A stretch of 64,000 nt of DNA. It comes from Candidatus Saccharimonadales bacterium. GTDB taxonomy: Bacteria; Patescibacteriota; Saccharimonadia; Saccharimonadales; JAYRRP01. Under the pieces are notes generated by a model. It had not been told where the DNA came from. It saw nothing but the letters and a program-made list of their open reading frames with translations, and searched no databases. The stretch is from positions 13,061-77,060 of the forward strand of contig JAYRIP010000001.1 of assembly GCA_041906765.1 (NCBI GenBank), read 5' to 3'. The position numbers were made by a program, and so were the translations under genes. This document shows positions 19,711 through 29,839 of the stretch, piece by piece. Position 1 is the stretch's first letter; each line of letters opens with the position of its first letter.

Positions 19711-20763
19711 ATGGCACGAAAAGTATTTGTTGGTATGAGCGGGGGCGTCGACAGTTCGGTAGCCGCCCTATTGCTTAAAGAGCAAGGCTATGAGGTCACG
19801 GGTGTCTATATGAAGAACTGGAGTCGTGATTTGCCGGGGTTTGAATGTCCGTGGCGGGAAGATTACCAGGATGCGAAGCGCGTTGCGGTCCAGCTCGGCA
19901 TTGGTTTTAAAATGTACGATTTTGAGACCGAGTACCGGCATCGTGTGGTAGAGTACATGCTTCGCGAATACCAAGCTGGACATACCCCGAACCCGGACAT
20001 TATGTGCAACCAAGAAATAAAATTCAAACTCTTTCTCGAAACATGCTTGGACGATGGTGCAGAGTTGATTGCTACCGGTCACTATGCAAAGACGGAGAAG
20101 AGCAAACTATACATGGCGAAAGATCTGAACAAAGACCAGACCTATTTTCTCTATCGGGTTTCGACGGCTGCTCTAGAAAAAACAATTTTCCCACTTGGGG
20201 AGTTGACCAAACAGGAGGTGCGTCTCATAGCCAAACACCATCAACTGACTACGGCCAACAAGCAAGAGAGTATGGGTATTTGTTTCGTTGGTAAAGTGGG
20301 CATCAAAGAGTTTTTGCAACATGAGCTCGGACCCCAAAAGTCAGGGAAAGTCGTGGACCAAACCGGGCATATGGTGGGTGAGCACGAAGGGGCCATTTTT
20401 TATACGATAGGACAGCGTCATGGCTTACACATTGGCGGTGGTTTGCCGTATTACGTATCAGGTAAAGATATGGCCACAAATGAAGTGTTTGTTACCACTG
20501 ATTTGTCTGATGAGAGGCTATGGTACCGTCAGTTCAGCCTGGAGGATATACACTGGATTAATAGCCCGGCGATAGCGGGCAAAACTTATGCTGTCAGGAC
20601 TCGTCACCGAGCGGCGCTGGTGCCTGGCAAGGTAAAAACGGAAGGCAACCAGACTATAGTGAAGCTTGATGAAGACCTTCGGGCGCTTACCCCGGGTCAG
20701 TCTGCCGTGCTCTATGCTGGGGAAAGGGTGGTCGGCGGTGGTATTATCGCGAGAGTCTTTTAA
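19711..20763 (+). CDS. mnmA: tRNA 2-thiouridine(34) synthase MnmA
   Basis: PP-loop VGMSGGVDSSVAA, plus TPNPDIMCN and KDQTYFL. Confidence 0.9.
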   Translation: MARKVFVGMSGGVDSSVAALLLKEQGYEVTGVYMKNWSRDLPGFECPWREDYQDAKRVAVQLGIGFKMYDFETEYRHRVVEYMLREYQAGHTPNPDIMCNQEIKFKLFLETCLDDGAELIATGHYAKTEKSKLYMAKDLNKDQTYFLYRVSTAALEKTIFPLGELTKQEVRLIAKHHQLTTANKQESMGICFVGKVGIKEFLQHELGPQKSGKVVDQTGHMVGEHEGAIFYTIGQRHGLHIGGGLPYYVSGKDMATNEVFVTTDLSDERLWYRQFSLEDIHWINSPAIAGKTYAVRTRHRAALVPGKVKTEGNQTIVKLDEDLRALTPGQSAVLYAGERVVGGGIIARVF

Positions 20764-20808
20764 CGAGCGACAAAAATCTGCGTTTTTCTGCTAGACTATG
20801 CACCAGAT

Positions 20809-22686
20809 ATGACTGCCAATGAAGTGAGAACAGCTTACCTCGAGTTTTTTAAGAAACGGGGTCACACGGTAATACCAAGAGCACGCATTGTGCCGGATAA
20901 TGATCCGACCACCCTGTTTACCGGTAGTGGCATGCAACCACTTCTGCCCTACTTGCTTGGGCAAAAACATCTGGCTGGACAGCGTTTAACGGATAGCCAG
21001 ACATGTTTCCGGGCAGAGGATATTGATGAAGTTGGTGATAATCGACATACCACCTTTTTTGAAATGCTTGGCAATTGGAGCTTAGGTGACTATTTTAAGC
21101 GTGAGCAGCTGCCTTGGTTCTTTGAATTCCTGGTCGAGACCGTTGGCTTGGATCCGAGCAAACTGTACGTAACAGTATTTATAGGTGATCCAACCAATAA
21201 CGTCCCGAAAGATGAGGAGTCGGCCGAAATTTGGCAGCAGTTGTTCCGGGCAAAAGGCATACAAGCCACAGCAGTAGAAATGGGTAGTGAGACCGATGGT
21301 TATACCAGGGGTATGCAGGGTGGTCGGATATTTTATTATGATGCGACGAAAAACTGGTGGAGCCGAGTAGGCAAGCCAGAAAATATGCCGCCAGGTGAAC
21401 CAGGTGGTCCGGATAGTGAAGTATTTTACGACTTTGGTACTGCACACGATGAGTCATTTGGTCAGCATTGTCATCCCAACTGCGATTGTGGCCGGTTCCT
21501 TGAGATCGGCAACTCTGTTTTTATGCAGTATGTGAAGCAAGAGGATGGCAGCTTTTCGGAATTACCCCAGAAAAATGTAGATTTTGGTGGGGGTTTGGAA
21601 AGAATTGCGGCTGCCAGCCAGGGTGACCCCGATATTTTCAAAATTGACCTGATGTGGCCGATCATTGAACGGCTGCAGGAGATGTCCAAAAAACAATATG
21701 GGGAACATGTGCAGGCCAAGAGGATTATTGCCGACCACATGCGCAGTGCAGTCTTTATGGCGGCTGATGGAGTGACGCCAAGCAACAAAACTCAAGGATA
21801 TATTCTACGACGGCTCTTGCGACGGGCGATTCGCCATGGGCTGGAAATAAGCATTGAGGCTGGTTTGCTCGAAAATGTTGCTGATACGGTGCTGGCTATG
21901 TATAAAGACGCCTATCCTGAACTCATGCAGGATAAGGATACGGTCATATCAGTGCTTGCACGTGAAGAAAAAGCTTTTCGCCAAACTTTGCGCAAAGGTT
22001 TACGGGAGTTTGAAAAATCTGTCGGAGCCCAGCTTGACGGTACCACTATTTTTCGATTGTTTGACACCTATGGCTTTCCCCCTGAGCTTAGCTTAGAAGA
22101 GGCAAGGAAAAGAGAAATTAAGGTTACAGATAACTGGGAAAAGGCCTACAGCAAAGAACTTGAACAGCAGCGTGAGCGTTCGCGTAGCGCAACTGCAGGC
22201 ATATTTAAGGGAGGCTTGGCAGAACACTCGGAGCAGACAATCAAATATCATACCGCTACACATTTAATGTACAAAGCGCTGCGGCTCGTATTAGGCGACC
22301 ACGTACAACAGCGTGGCAGCAATATTACGAATGAACGGCTGCGCTTTGACTTCAACCATCCAGCAAAACTTACTCCCGAAGAACTGAAGCGTGTCGAAGG
22401 TATTGTAAACGAGCAAATTGACAAAGACTTGCCGGTTACGTGGGAGGAGATGCCTACTGATAAAGCCTTGGCTACTGGCGCTCGTGGCCACTTCGGTGAA
22501 AAATATGGAGAAACGGTGAAAGTCTATATTATGGGCCCGAAAGATAATCCGTACACTATGGAATTATGCGGCGGCCCTCATGTGGAGCACACGGGTATTC
22601 TTGGCGAGGACGGGAAGCGGTTCAAGATCATCAAAGAAGAGAGCTCATCTGCCGGTATTCGCCGAATCAAGGCTATCTTAGGATAA
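20809..22686 (+). CDS. alaS: Alanyl-tRNA synthetase, short form lacking the C-terminal C-Ala/DHHA1 domain
   Basis: The N-terminus RTAYLEFFKKRGHTVIP, the editing-domain HTATHLMYKAL and CGGPHV are present. At 625 aa it is well short of the usual approx 870 aa. Confidence 0.9.
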   Translation: MTANEVRTAYLEFFKKRGHTVIPRARIVPDNDPTTLFTGSGMQPLLPYLLGQKHLAGQRLTDSQTCFRAEDIDEVGDNRHTTFFEMLGNWSLGDYFKREQLPWFFEFLVETVGLDPSKLYVTVFIGDPTNNVPKDEESAEIWQQLFRAKGIQATAVEMGSETDGYTRGMQGGRIFYYDATKNWWSRVGKPENMPPGEPGGPDSEVFYDFGTAHDESFGQHCHPNCDCGRFLEIGNSVFMQYVKQEDGSFSELPQKNVDFGGGLERIAAASQGDPDIFKIDLMWPIIERLQEMSKKQYGEHVQAKRIIADHMRSAVFMAADGVTPSNKTQGYILRRLLRRAIRHGLEISIEAGLLENVADTVLAMYKDAYPELMQDKDTVISVLAREEKAFRQTLRKGLREFEKSVGAQLDGTTIFRLFDTYGFPPELSLEEARKREIKVTDNWEKAYSKELEQQRERSRSATAGIFKGGLAEHSEQTIKYHTATHLMYKALRLVLGDHVQQRGSNITNERLRFDFNHPAKLTPEELKRVEGIVNEQIDKDLPVTWEEMPTDKALATGARGHFGEKYGETVKVYIMGPKDNPYTMELCGGPHVEHTGILGEDGKRFKIIKEESSSAGIRRIKAILG

Positions 22687-22733
22687 ACTCCGTTTCAGTC
22701 TCTACCTCTGGAATGCTATAATAAAATCCGCCT

Positions 22734-24026
22734 ATGCTTAATAAAATAAAGAATTTGCGACATGTCACTGCCAGAGCTGATCGTAAGAGTAAGGATGACC
22801 AATATATCGTAGGACTTGATATTGGTACCGAGTTTGTCAAGGCTTTGGTGGGAAAAGTCACCGGTGACAGGATAGAAATTACCGGTGTGGGACGGGCGCA
22901 TCAGGAATTAAGCGATATGCAGGCGGGCGCGATTGCCGATATTGCCGCTGTGGTGAATAACTGCGATCAAGCCTTGAACGAAGCTGAACAGCAAGCAGGT
23001 GTTAGTGCGCGTCCGGTGGTAATCGGCATTGCAGGTGAGTTAGTGAAGGGCACAACAACTTCTGTCAAAGTGAGGCGCAAGAATGCCGATAAAGAATTAA
23101 CGGTGGAAGAAGTTGAAAAAATTGTTGCGCTTGTCCAGCAACGGGCCCGTGAGCGAGCTAAACAGCAGCTAGTGTGGGAGTTGGGCGGCAAAGACGTCGA
23201 GATACGGCTCGTGAATAGTGCACTTGTCGGCATAGAGATTGACAGTTATCCCGTAACGAATCCTATCGGTTTCAAAGGTCGGGAAGTGGCAGTACAGCTA
23301 TATACGGCTTTTGCGCCCATGATACATATCGGTGCCTTGGAGCGGACAGCTCAGGAACTTGACATGGACTTGCTCGCGGTGGCGGCTGAGCCTTTTGCGG
23401 TGGCGCGTTCAGTGATCGGTAACGATTCAAATGCAAGTATGAGCGCAATACTCATGGATGTCGGTGGTGGTACCACTGATATTGCAGTGATAAATGATGG
23501 TGGAGTGCAGGGTACTAAAATGTTTGGTATCGGTGGCCGTGCGTTCACCCGCTCAGTCGAACGGGCTCTAGATGTTACCTTTTTACAAGCGGAAGAACTA
23601 AAACTTGGTTTATCTACCAGCAAGGTACCCTCTGCCAAACGGCCTACGATAGAAAAAGCGTTAGGTGCTACCCTTGATGTCTGGACTTCGGGCGTAGAGC
23701 TGGCTCTGGGTGAATTTCCTGGGCTTGACCATTTGCCTCACCGGCTTTTGCTATGCGGTGGCGGCTCGAGCCTGGAAATGCTCATGGATCGCCTAAATAC
23801 CACTGACTGGTATTCCAGACTGCCCTTTACACGCAAACCGGTCGTACAGCACATCCAGCCGCATCAAGTAGTGGGGATTGTTGACAAAACCGGAAGTGTC
23901 ACTGATCATACCTACATAACCGCAATGGGGCTTTTGCGTGTTGGTTTGGATACGCTATCCCAGTCCGACCAGCCAGGCCCTGATAATACTTTGCGACAGA
24001 GATTGGATAGGCTGCTGAAAGTATAA
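22734..24026 (+). CDS. Actin-fold ATPase, FtsA-like cell-division protein
   Basis: Phosphate and adenosine motifs VGLDIGTEFVK, MDVGGGTTDIAV and LCGGGSSL. Confidence 0.65.
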   Translation: MLNKIKNLRHVTARADRKSKDDQYIVGLDIGTEFVKALVGKVTGDRIEITGVGRAHQELSDMQAGAIADIAAVVNNCDQALNEAEQQAGVSARPVVIGIAGELVKGTTTSVKVRRKNADKELTVEEVEKIVALVQQRARERAKQQLVWELGGKDVEIRLVNSALVGIEIDSYPVTNPIGFKGREVAVQLYTAFAPMIHIGALERTAQELDMDLLAVAAEPFAVARSVIGNDSNASMSAILMDVGGGTTDIAVINDGGVQGTKMFGIGGRAFTRSVERALDVTFLQAEELKLGLSTSKVPSAKRPTIEKALGATLDVWTSGVELALGEFPGLDHLPHRLLLCGGGSSLEMLMDRLNTTDWYSRLPFTRKPVVQHIQPHQVVGIVDKTGSVTDHTYITAMGLLRVGLDTLSQSDQPGPDNTLRQRLDRLLKV

Positions 24027-24028
24027 GA

Positions 24029-25711
24029 ATGAGCGAAGCAACCAAAGACACCATTTATATAGATATCGACGATGAAATAACCAGTGTTATAGACAAAGTG
24101 CGGTCTAGCAAGCACAAGATAGTGGCTCTTGTCTTACCAAAGCGTGCCGCCGTATTTCAGAGTATTGTGAATATGAAACTCCTCAAGCGAACAGCCGACG
24201 AGGGGGAGAAACGCGTTGTTTTGATCACTTCTGAGGCGAGCTTGTTGCCACTAGCTGGTGCGGTTGGCTTGCATGTAGCCAAAACCCTGCAGAGTAAGCC
24301 ATCTATTCCTCGTCCGCCAGAGGTGCCTGCCGACGATCTCACACTTGATGAATCCGAAGAGCCGCTTGAAACTGGTGATGAACCGGAAATTGATACATCA
24401 AAAACAGTCGGTGAACTTGCCAGTACGCCTCCGGCTGAAGATGCGAAGCCGGAAGAGACAATTGAACTGGACAACGAACCAGAATCTACCCGTGCTTCGG
24501 CTGCCAAAGCGAAAAAGCCAGGAAAAAAAGGCAGCAAAAACTCTAAAGTTCCAGACTTCAATAAATTCCGCAAGCGGTTGCTCATTGCTAGCGGAGTGGT
24601 GGTGATCTTGATAATCGGGTGGGTGTTCATGTTCATGATTTTGCCGAAAGCAAAAATCACCATCAAAACCGATACGACCAACCTTAATACTGATGTAACC
24701 TTTACGGCCAGCACAGAAACCGACCACTTGGATGAATCTACCCAGGTAGTGCCGGCTCTTAGGAAGGAAAGTAAGAAGTCTGATACGCAGAAGGTGCCGG
24801 CAACGGGACAAAAAGATGTTGGCACAAAAGCTTCCGGATCAATTACGGTAAAAAATTGTGAAGATACCGAACCCCGTACCTTGCCCGGAGGAACCACTTT
24901 TAGTGCGAACGGAAAAAACTTTGTCACCAACAATACTGCAACCGTGCCTGCCGGCAGTTTTAGCGGTGGCGGATCCGTGTGTAAATCAACCAGCGTTGAA
25001 ATTCCGGTAACAGCCGCCGAAAACGGAGATAGCTATAATCTGTCAGCGACGTCTTATGCAAGTGGAAAATTGGCCGGTAATTTTACGATTAATGGCAGTT
25101 CTATGTCTGGAGGCACAAGTAAAATTGTAAAGGTGGTAAGCCAACAAGACGTTGATACTGCAAAGCAGAAAATTGCCAAAAATGATGATGCTGCAAAAGA
25201 GGAATTAAAGAAACAACTACAGGAGCAAAACTATACCGCTATAGCCGATACATTTTCAGCCGGCAACCCTGTGGTTACCGCTGCACCGGCAGTTGGGCAA
25301 GAAGCCAGTGAAGTAACTGTTACTTCAGTCGCTACCTACACTATGCTAGGAGCAAAAACCGATGAGGTGAACAAACTTATTACAACCGAGGCTAATAAGC
25401 AACTGGACTCTGGGAAACAGAGCATTCAATCGACTGGTCTTGATCAGGCAAATATCAGAGTTAGCCGAAAAAACAGCGATACAGATGTACAAGTGACCCT
25501 GCAAACATTAGTGATTGCCGGGCCCAAGCTCGAAATTGATAAGTTAAAACAGGAAGTTGCCGGCAAGAGGCGTAGTGAAGTACAAAAGATTATTCAAGAA
25601 CGGCCGGGGGTAAAAGACGTGACAATTGACTACAGCCCATTCTGGGTATTCAGCACACCGAAAAAAGCTAGCCGTATCTCAATCACTTACGATCAAACTA
25701 AAGGACAATGA
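24029..25711 (+). CDS. Hypothetical bitopic membrane protein (cytoplasmic N-domain, acidic linker, TM helix, large Thr/Ser-rich ectodomain)
   Basis: 560 aa with a TM helix LLIASGVVVILIIGWVFMFMILP. It is translationally coupled to the flanking genes. No recognised domain. Confidence 0.6.
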   Translation: MSEATKDTIYIDIDDEITSVIDKVRSSKHKIVALVLPKRAAVFQSIVNMKLLKRTADEGEKRVVLITSEASLLPLAGAVGLHVAKTLQSKPSIPRPPEVPADDLTLDESEEPLETGDEPEIDTSKTVGELASTPPAEDAKPEETIELDNEPESTRASAAKAKKPGKKGSKNSKVPDFNKFRKRLLIASGVVVILIIGWVFMFMILPKAKITIKTDTTNLNTDVTFTASTETDHLDESTQVVPALRKESKKSDTQKVPATGQKDVGTKASGSITVKNCEDTEPRTLPGGTTFSANGKNFVTNNTATVPAGSFSGGGSVCKSTSVEIPVTAAENGDSYNLSATSYASGKLAGNFTINGSSMSGGTSKIVKVVSQQDVDTAKQKIAKNDDAAKEELKKQLQEQNYTAIADTFSAGNPVVTAAPAVGQEASEVTVTSVATYTMLGAKTDEVNKLITTEANKQLDSGKQSIQSTGLDQANIRVSRKNSDTDVQVTLQTLVIAGPKLEIDKLKQEVAGKRRSEVQKIIQERPGVKDVTIDYSPFWVFSTPKKASRISITYDQTKGQ

Positions 25712-26121
25712 ACTCTATAGTCGCCAGTATATTGGCTATCGATGTGGGAGAAAAACGCATTGGTGTGGCGGTAGCGGGCTTGACAAGTCGGCTTGCTCAA
25801 CCTCTCTGTACTATATATGCTCATGATGGATCTTCACAGGAAATAGCTGAGTTGGCTCACCGACAGAGTGCCCGGGCAATTATTGTGGGACTCCCAAGAA
25901 ATATGGACGGCAAAGAAACTGCCCAGACGGCATTGGTAAAGAAATTTGCTGACACATTACGTGCCACAACCGATCTGCCGCTGTATTTTCAAGATGAAAC
26001 ACTGACATCTGTAGAAGCAAGGACAGAACTTGAATTGAGGGGCTTGCCGTATAATAAAGAAGACGTGGATAAGCTGGCTGCCTGTCATATCTTGACTGAT
26101 TGGCTGGCGGCTCACCCCTAA
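25708..26121 (+). CDS. ruvX: Holliday-junction resolvase-like nuclease RuvX/YqgF
   Basis: ILAIDVGEKRIGVAVA N-terminus and GLPRNMDG. Confidence 0.85.
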   Translation: MNSIVASILAIDVGEKRIGVAVAGLTSRLAQPLCTIYAHDGSSQEIAELAHRQSARAIIVGLPRNMDGKETAQTALVKKFADTLRATTDLPLYFQDETLTSVEARTELELRGLPYNKEDVDKLAACHILTDWLAAHP

Positions 26122-26130
26122 CAACATATT

Positions 26131-27198
26131 ATGAGTAGGTACACAGCAGGAATGAAACGGCGAGGAAAGCACACCTGGTGGATGGTATTGTTAGTGGCAA
26201 TTATAGTAACAATAGCCGTGGCGGGAGGAGCAATTGCTTATACCCGACATTGGTATTATGGAAATCTCAAAGCGTTGAGTGCTAGCCAGAAAACAAGAAA
26301 CTTTACTATTCATCGCGGGGCGAGCCTCGCAGAGATCGCTAATGAACTGAAATCCCAGCAGTTTATAAGAAACAGTTGGGCATTTAAACGGTATGTAGTA
26401 TCACAGGAAGCGAGCGACAAAATAAAAGCTGGGACATACGAGTTAAGCTCTAGTCAAAGCGTGCCGGAAATTGTTGCAATCATTACAGAAGGCAAGGTGG
26501 CGTCGAACCTGGTAACAATTCTACCGGGTCAGCGGATTGATCAGATAAAAAAGACGCTGTTAAATGCCGGCTTCAACGAAGCAGATGTAAATAAAGCTTT
26601 GGATCCTTCAACGTATGAGGATCATCCAGCCTTAGTTGATAAGCCGTCTCAAGCTAGCTTGGAAGGTTACCTCTATCCTGAGTCATTCCAACGTACATCC
26701 GATACCCAGGCCCAGACAATCGTAAAACGATCATTGGATGAAATGCAGAAGCGCCTTACTCCCGAAATACGAGCTTCGTTTGCGAAGCAGGGTTTGAGCG
26801 TCTATCAAGGGATTATTGTTGCGTCAATTGTCGAACAAGAAGCAGCCAAAGCAGATGAGCGTACCCAAGTAGCGCAGGTTATTATGAGGCGTTTAAACCT
26901 TGATATGGCACTTGAATCCGACCCCACGGCGTTTTACGGGGCAAAGTTGGCTGGGCAGCCACCATCACTTCTTTTCGACTCTCCTTACAATACTTATCTC
27001 CACAAAGGATTACCACCTGGTCCTATCAGTAATGTCTCTGTTAGCTCACTGCAAGCAGCGGCTAGTCCTGCCGGCACGGACTGGCTGTTTTTCGTAGCAG
27101 GGGATGATGGATCAACCCATTTTTCGCGCACGCATGATGAACACCAGGCTCTAATAGAAAAATACTGCAAAATTAAGTGCAATCAGAACAGCCAATAA
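26131..27198 (+). CDS. mltG: Endolytic murein transglycosylase MltG (YceG family)
   Basis: N-terminal TM helix, LEGYLYPESF, and SPYNTYLHKGLPPGPISN. Confidence 0.85.
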   Translation: MSRYTAGMKRRGKHTWWMVLLVAIIVTIAVAGGAIAYTRHWYYGNLKALSASQKTRNFTIHRGASLAEIANELKSQQFIRNSWAFKRYVVSQEASDKIKAGTYELSSSQSVPEIVAIITEGKVASNLVTILPGQRIDQIKKTLLNAGFNEADVNKALDPSTYEDHPALVDKPSQASLEGYLYPESFQRTSDTQAQTIVKRSLDEMQKRLTPEIRASFAKQGLSVYQGIIVASIVEQEAAKADERTQVAQVIMRRLNLDMALESDPTAFYGAKLAGQPPSLLFDSPYNTYLHKGLPPGPISNVSVSSLQAAASPAGTDWLFFVAGDDGSTHFSRTHDEHQALIEKYCKIKCNQNSQ

Positions 27199-27309
27199 CC
27201 TCATAGTAACAGGGGTAGGGGGCTTGATTTCATTGGGGCTATTATGGTAAAATTGAATACGTGATCGCCGACAAAGCTAGGCTACACAGCACACTTTTTT
27301 GACGATCCA

Positions 27310-28512
27310 ATGGGTTTTTCCTTGCAAAGCAGGGATGACCCAGTTTTAGTAAGAATTACGCAGGAGTATTTTATTCGTACTCAATTACGTGCCCTGGAAC
27401 AACCTCGGCAATCGCGGCTTACCGTCCTTCCCTCTCGCCGTAATAAACGTCTTTCTACCCGTCTTTCCAAGCGCTCCAAAAAGCGATTGGTTCGTTTTGG
27501 CATACTTGCCGCAAACCTTGCCGTACTGGTGGGTGTGCTTGGCTTTGTCTTGAGAAGTCCTTCCTCAAGTCGCCCGGTTCGCCAAGGTGCAGCGATCATA
27601 TCCCCAGAAGCTGCTGAAGCTAATCCCCTTGACCAGTTATCATCGGCCGATATTGCAGTGCACGTGGCACACATGACACGCTTAGAGGAGTCAACTTCGG
27701 TGGTGAATAAGGCAGATACCGTGAATGCCCAACTGGCAGTGACACCGGCTGATACAACCGTGGTTGCGAAACCTCAGGTGGTAGCCACTGCGCTTAAATC
27801 CCGAAAAGACATCCAAACTTATACCACTCAAGCTGGCGATACTATTAGCAGTGTTGCGGCGAAATTCAATGTCACATCTGATAGTATCCGATGGTCAAAT
27901 AGTTTGACCGGTGAAAGTTTGCCAGCTGGCAAAGAATTGGTTATTCCCCCTATTAGTGGGGTAGTGTATGTCGTAAAGCCGGGAGATACACCTGATTTGC
28001 TGGCGGCTAAGTTTCACGCCAACAAAGACCAGATCATCATCTTTAATGATGCAGAGGTAGGTGGTTTGCCAGTGGGGCAAAGAATTGTGATTCCAGATGG
28101 TGTGCAAAGCCAGCCAGGCCGCGTGAATCAGTTACTGTCCTATGGAAACAACTTCGCTTGGGGTGGGAGTGCACCCCTATATGGTGGCGGTGGCTATGAC
28201 TATGGCTATTGTACTTACTGGGCTGCGCTTCGTCGCTCGCAAATTGGTCGGCCAGTGCCAAGTAATCTAGGAAATGCAAGCACATGGAAAGTTCTGGCAG
28301 CGCGTGCCGGTCTAGGCGTGGGGAATTCACCACAAGCTGGCGCAGTTATCTGGACTCCACCTCGTGACTACTATGGACACGTAGGCTTTGTGGAATCGGT
28401 TAATCCGGATGGAAGTGTCAATGTTTCAGAAATGAATACGGCAGGTTGGGGCCGGGTAAGCTATAAGACCTTATCTGCAGCTGACGCTGCTCGTTATTCC
28501 TACATATACTAA
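27310..28512 (+). CDS. Peptidoglycan hydrolase with two LysM domains and a C-terminal CHAP domain
   Basis: LysM motifs YTTQAGDTISSVAAKFNV and YVVKPGDTPDLLAAKFH. CHAP motifs CTYWAA ... GHVGFVESV ... SEMN. Confidence 0.8.
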   Translation: MGFSLQSRDDPVLVRITQEYFIRTQLRALEQPRQSRLTVLPSRRNKRLSTRLSKRSKKRLVRFGILAANLAVLVGVLGFVLRSPSSSRPVRQGAAIISPEAAEANPLDQLSSADIAVHVAHMTRLEESTSVVNKADTVNAQLAVTPADTTVVAKPQVVATALKSRKDIQTYTTQAGDTISSVAAKFNVTSDSIRWSNSLTGESLPAGKELVIPPISGVVYVVKPGDTPDLLAAKFHANKDQIIIFNDAEVGGLPVGQRIVIPDGVQSQPGRVNQLLSYGNNFAWGGSAPLYGGGGYDYGYCTYWAALRRSQIGRPVPSNLGNASTWKVLAARAGLGVGNSPQAGAVIWTPPRDYYGHVGFVESVNPDGSVNVSEMNTAGWGRVSYKTLSAADAARYSYIY

Positions 28513-28567
28513 AGCCAAATTTGGCCGAAGTCTTTACTCCTTATAGAGCACTCTGTACTCTATAGGT

Positions 28568-29839
28568 ATGTTTGTTGATGAGGCGACAGTTCGTGTCCAG
28601 GCCGGTGATGGCGGCGATGGGGTGGTAAGTTTTCGTCGTGAGAAATTTGTTGATAAGGGTGGCCCCGACGGCGGTGACGGCGGTGACGGCGGTGACGTAG
28701 TAATGAAGGCGAGTGCAAGCCAAAACACTTTGGCACGTTTTCGGCATGATGCATTTCTCAAAGCAGAATCGGGTCGAACGGGGGCGAAGCAAAGACGTCA
28801 TGGAAAAAAGGGCCGTTCGCTTGAGATAGCCGTTCCGCCCGGCACGTTGGTATGCGAAGGGGAAACAGTAATAGCCGACTTGGTCCACGAAGGTGACAGT
28901 ACGGTGGTGGCCCGTGGCGGGAAAGGCGGCTTTGGTAATGCTCATTTTGTGTCTTCACGGCGGCAAGCCCCGAAAGTTGCTGAAAAAGGCGAAAAAGGTG
29001 AAGCGCGAGAGCTTACCCTTGAGTTAAAAATGATAGCTGATATTGGCATTGTTGGCTTACCGAATGCGGGTAAGTCTACTCTGCTGACGGTTATAAGTAA
29101 TGCTCGCCCGACTATCGCCGACTATCCATTTACCACCTTAGTGCCCAGTCTAGGCGTGGTTGACCTTGATAAACAGCATTCCTTATTATTTGCCGATGTT
29201 CCAGGCTTGATCGAGGGAGCGAGCAAAGGCAAGGGTTTGGGGGACGAATTCCTGCGTCATGTGGAGCGGACCGGGGTATTACTGCATTTAATTGATGTAT
29301 ACGAAGATATTTCGCATGCTTACCAAATCATTCAAAAAGAGTTAGCTAATTATCGAGTTGATCTTTCTTCTCGACCTCAGATAGTGGCTCTTAACAAAAC
29401 TGAAGGAATGAATGGGGTGGAGCTCAAAGCGAAGGTCAGGCAATTGCGCTCAGTTCTGCCAAAGGGTTCTCGTGTGTTCGCCATCTCGGCTAAAAGCAAA
29501 TTAGGTTTGGATAAACTGCTTGAGGCGTTGGATCGCTTGGCAAGGCGACAACGTAGCTTGGCAGCAGCTAAGGATACTACCCAATCCAAGGTACCTATCC
29601 TGCGCTTGCAGCCCAGTGACGACGACTGGCAGGTAACGCAAACGGACGGGGTATTTGTGGTAAGCGGCAAAAAAATAGAACGATTTGCAAGAAGAACGGA
29701 TTTTTCTAGCCCGCATGGCGAACAGCGGTTTCGTGACATCATGAAAAAAATGGGTATCATACACCAGTTGCAGCGACTCCATATTGAGGCTGGCCAAAAA
29801 ATCAGGATTGGTGAAAGCGGCGTGGTTATTGAGTATTAA
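28568..29839 (+). CDS. obg: GTPase Obg/CgtA
   Basis: FVDEATVRVQAGDGGDG glycine-rich Obg fold, G1 GLPNAGKST, DVPGLIEGA, and a C-terminal OCT-like domain. Confidence 0.9.
   Translation: MFVDEATVRVQAGDGGDGVVSFRREKFVDKGGPDGGDGGDGGDVVMKASASQNTLARFRHDAFLKAESGRTGAKQRRHGKKGRSLEIAVPPGTLVCEGETVIADLVHEGDSTVVARGGKGGFGNAHFVSSRRQAPKVAEKGEKGEARELTLELKMIADIGIVGLPNAGKSTLLTVISNARPTIADYPFTTLVPSLGVVDLDKQHSLLFADVPGLIEGASKGKGLGDEFLRHVERTGVLLHLIDVYEDISHAYQIIQKELANYRVDLSSRPQIVALNKTEGMNGVELKAKVRQLRSVLPKGSRVFAISAKSKLGLDKLLEALDRLARRQRSLAAAKDTTQSKVPILRLQPSDDDWQVTQTDGVFVVSGKKIERFARRTDFSSPHGEQRFRDIMKKMGIIHQLQRLHIEAGQKIRIGESGVVIEY

Noticed and set aside
24157-24933. 258-aa minus-strand ORF inside gene 24029-25711
   Set aside because: It is a Ser-rich shadow ORF antisense to the acidic and Lys-rich linker of the plus-strand gene, and the plus-strand gene is translationally coupled to its neighbours.
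28672-28698. Tandem 9-bp repeat ggcggtgac x3
   Set aside because: It encodes the GGDGGDGGD stretch of the glycine-rich Obg N-terminal fold. It is a normal feature of Obg, not a CRISPR or VNTR locus.
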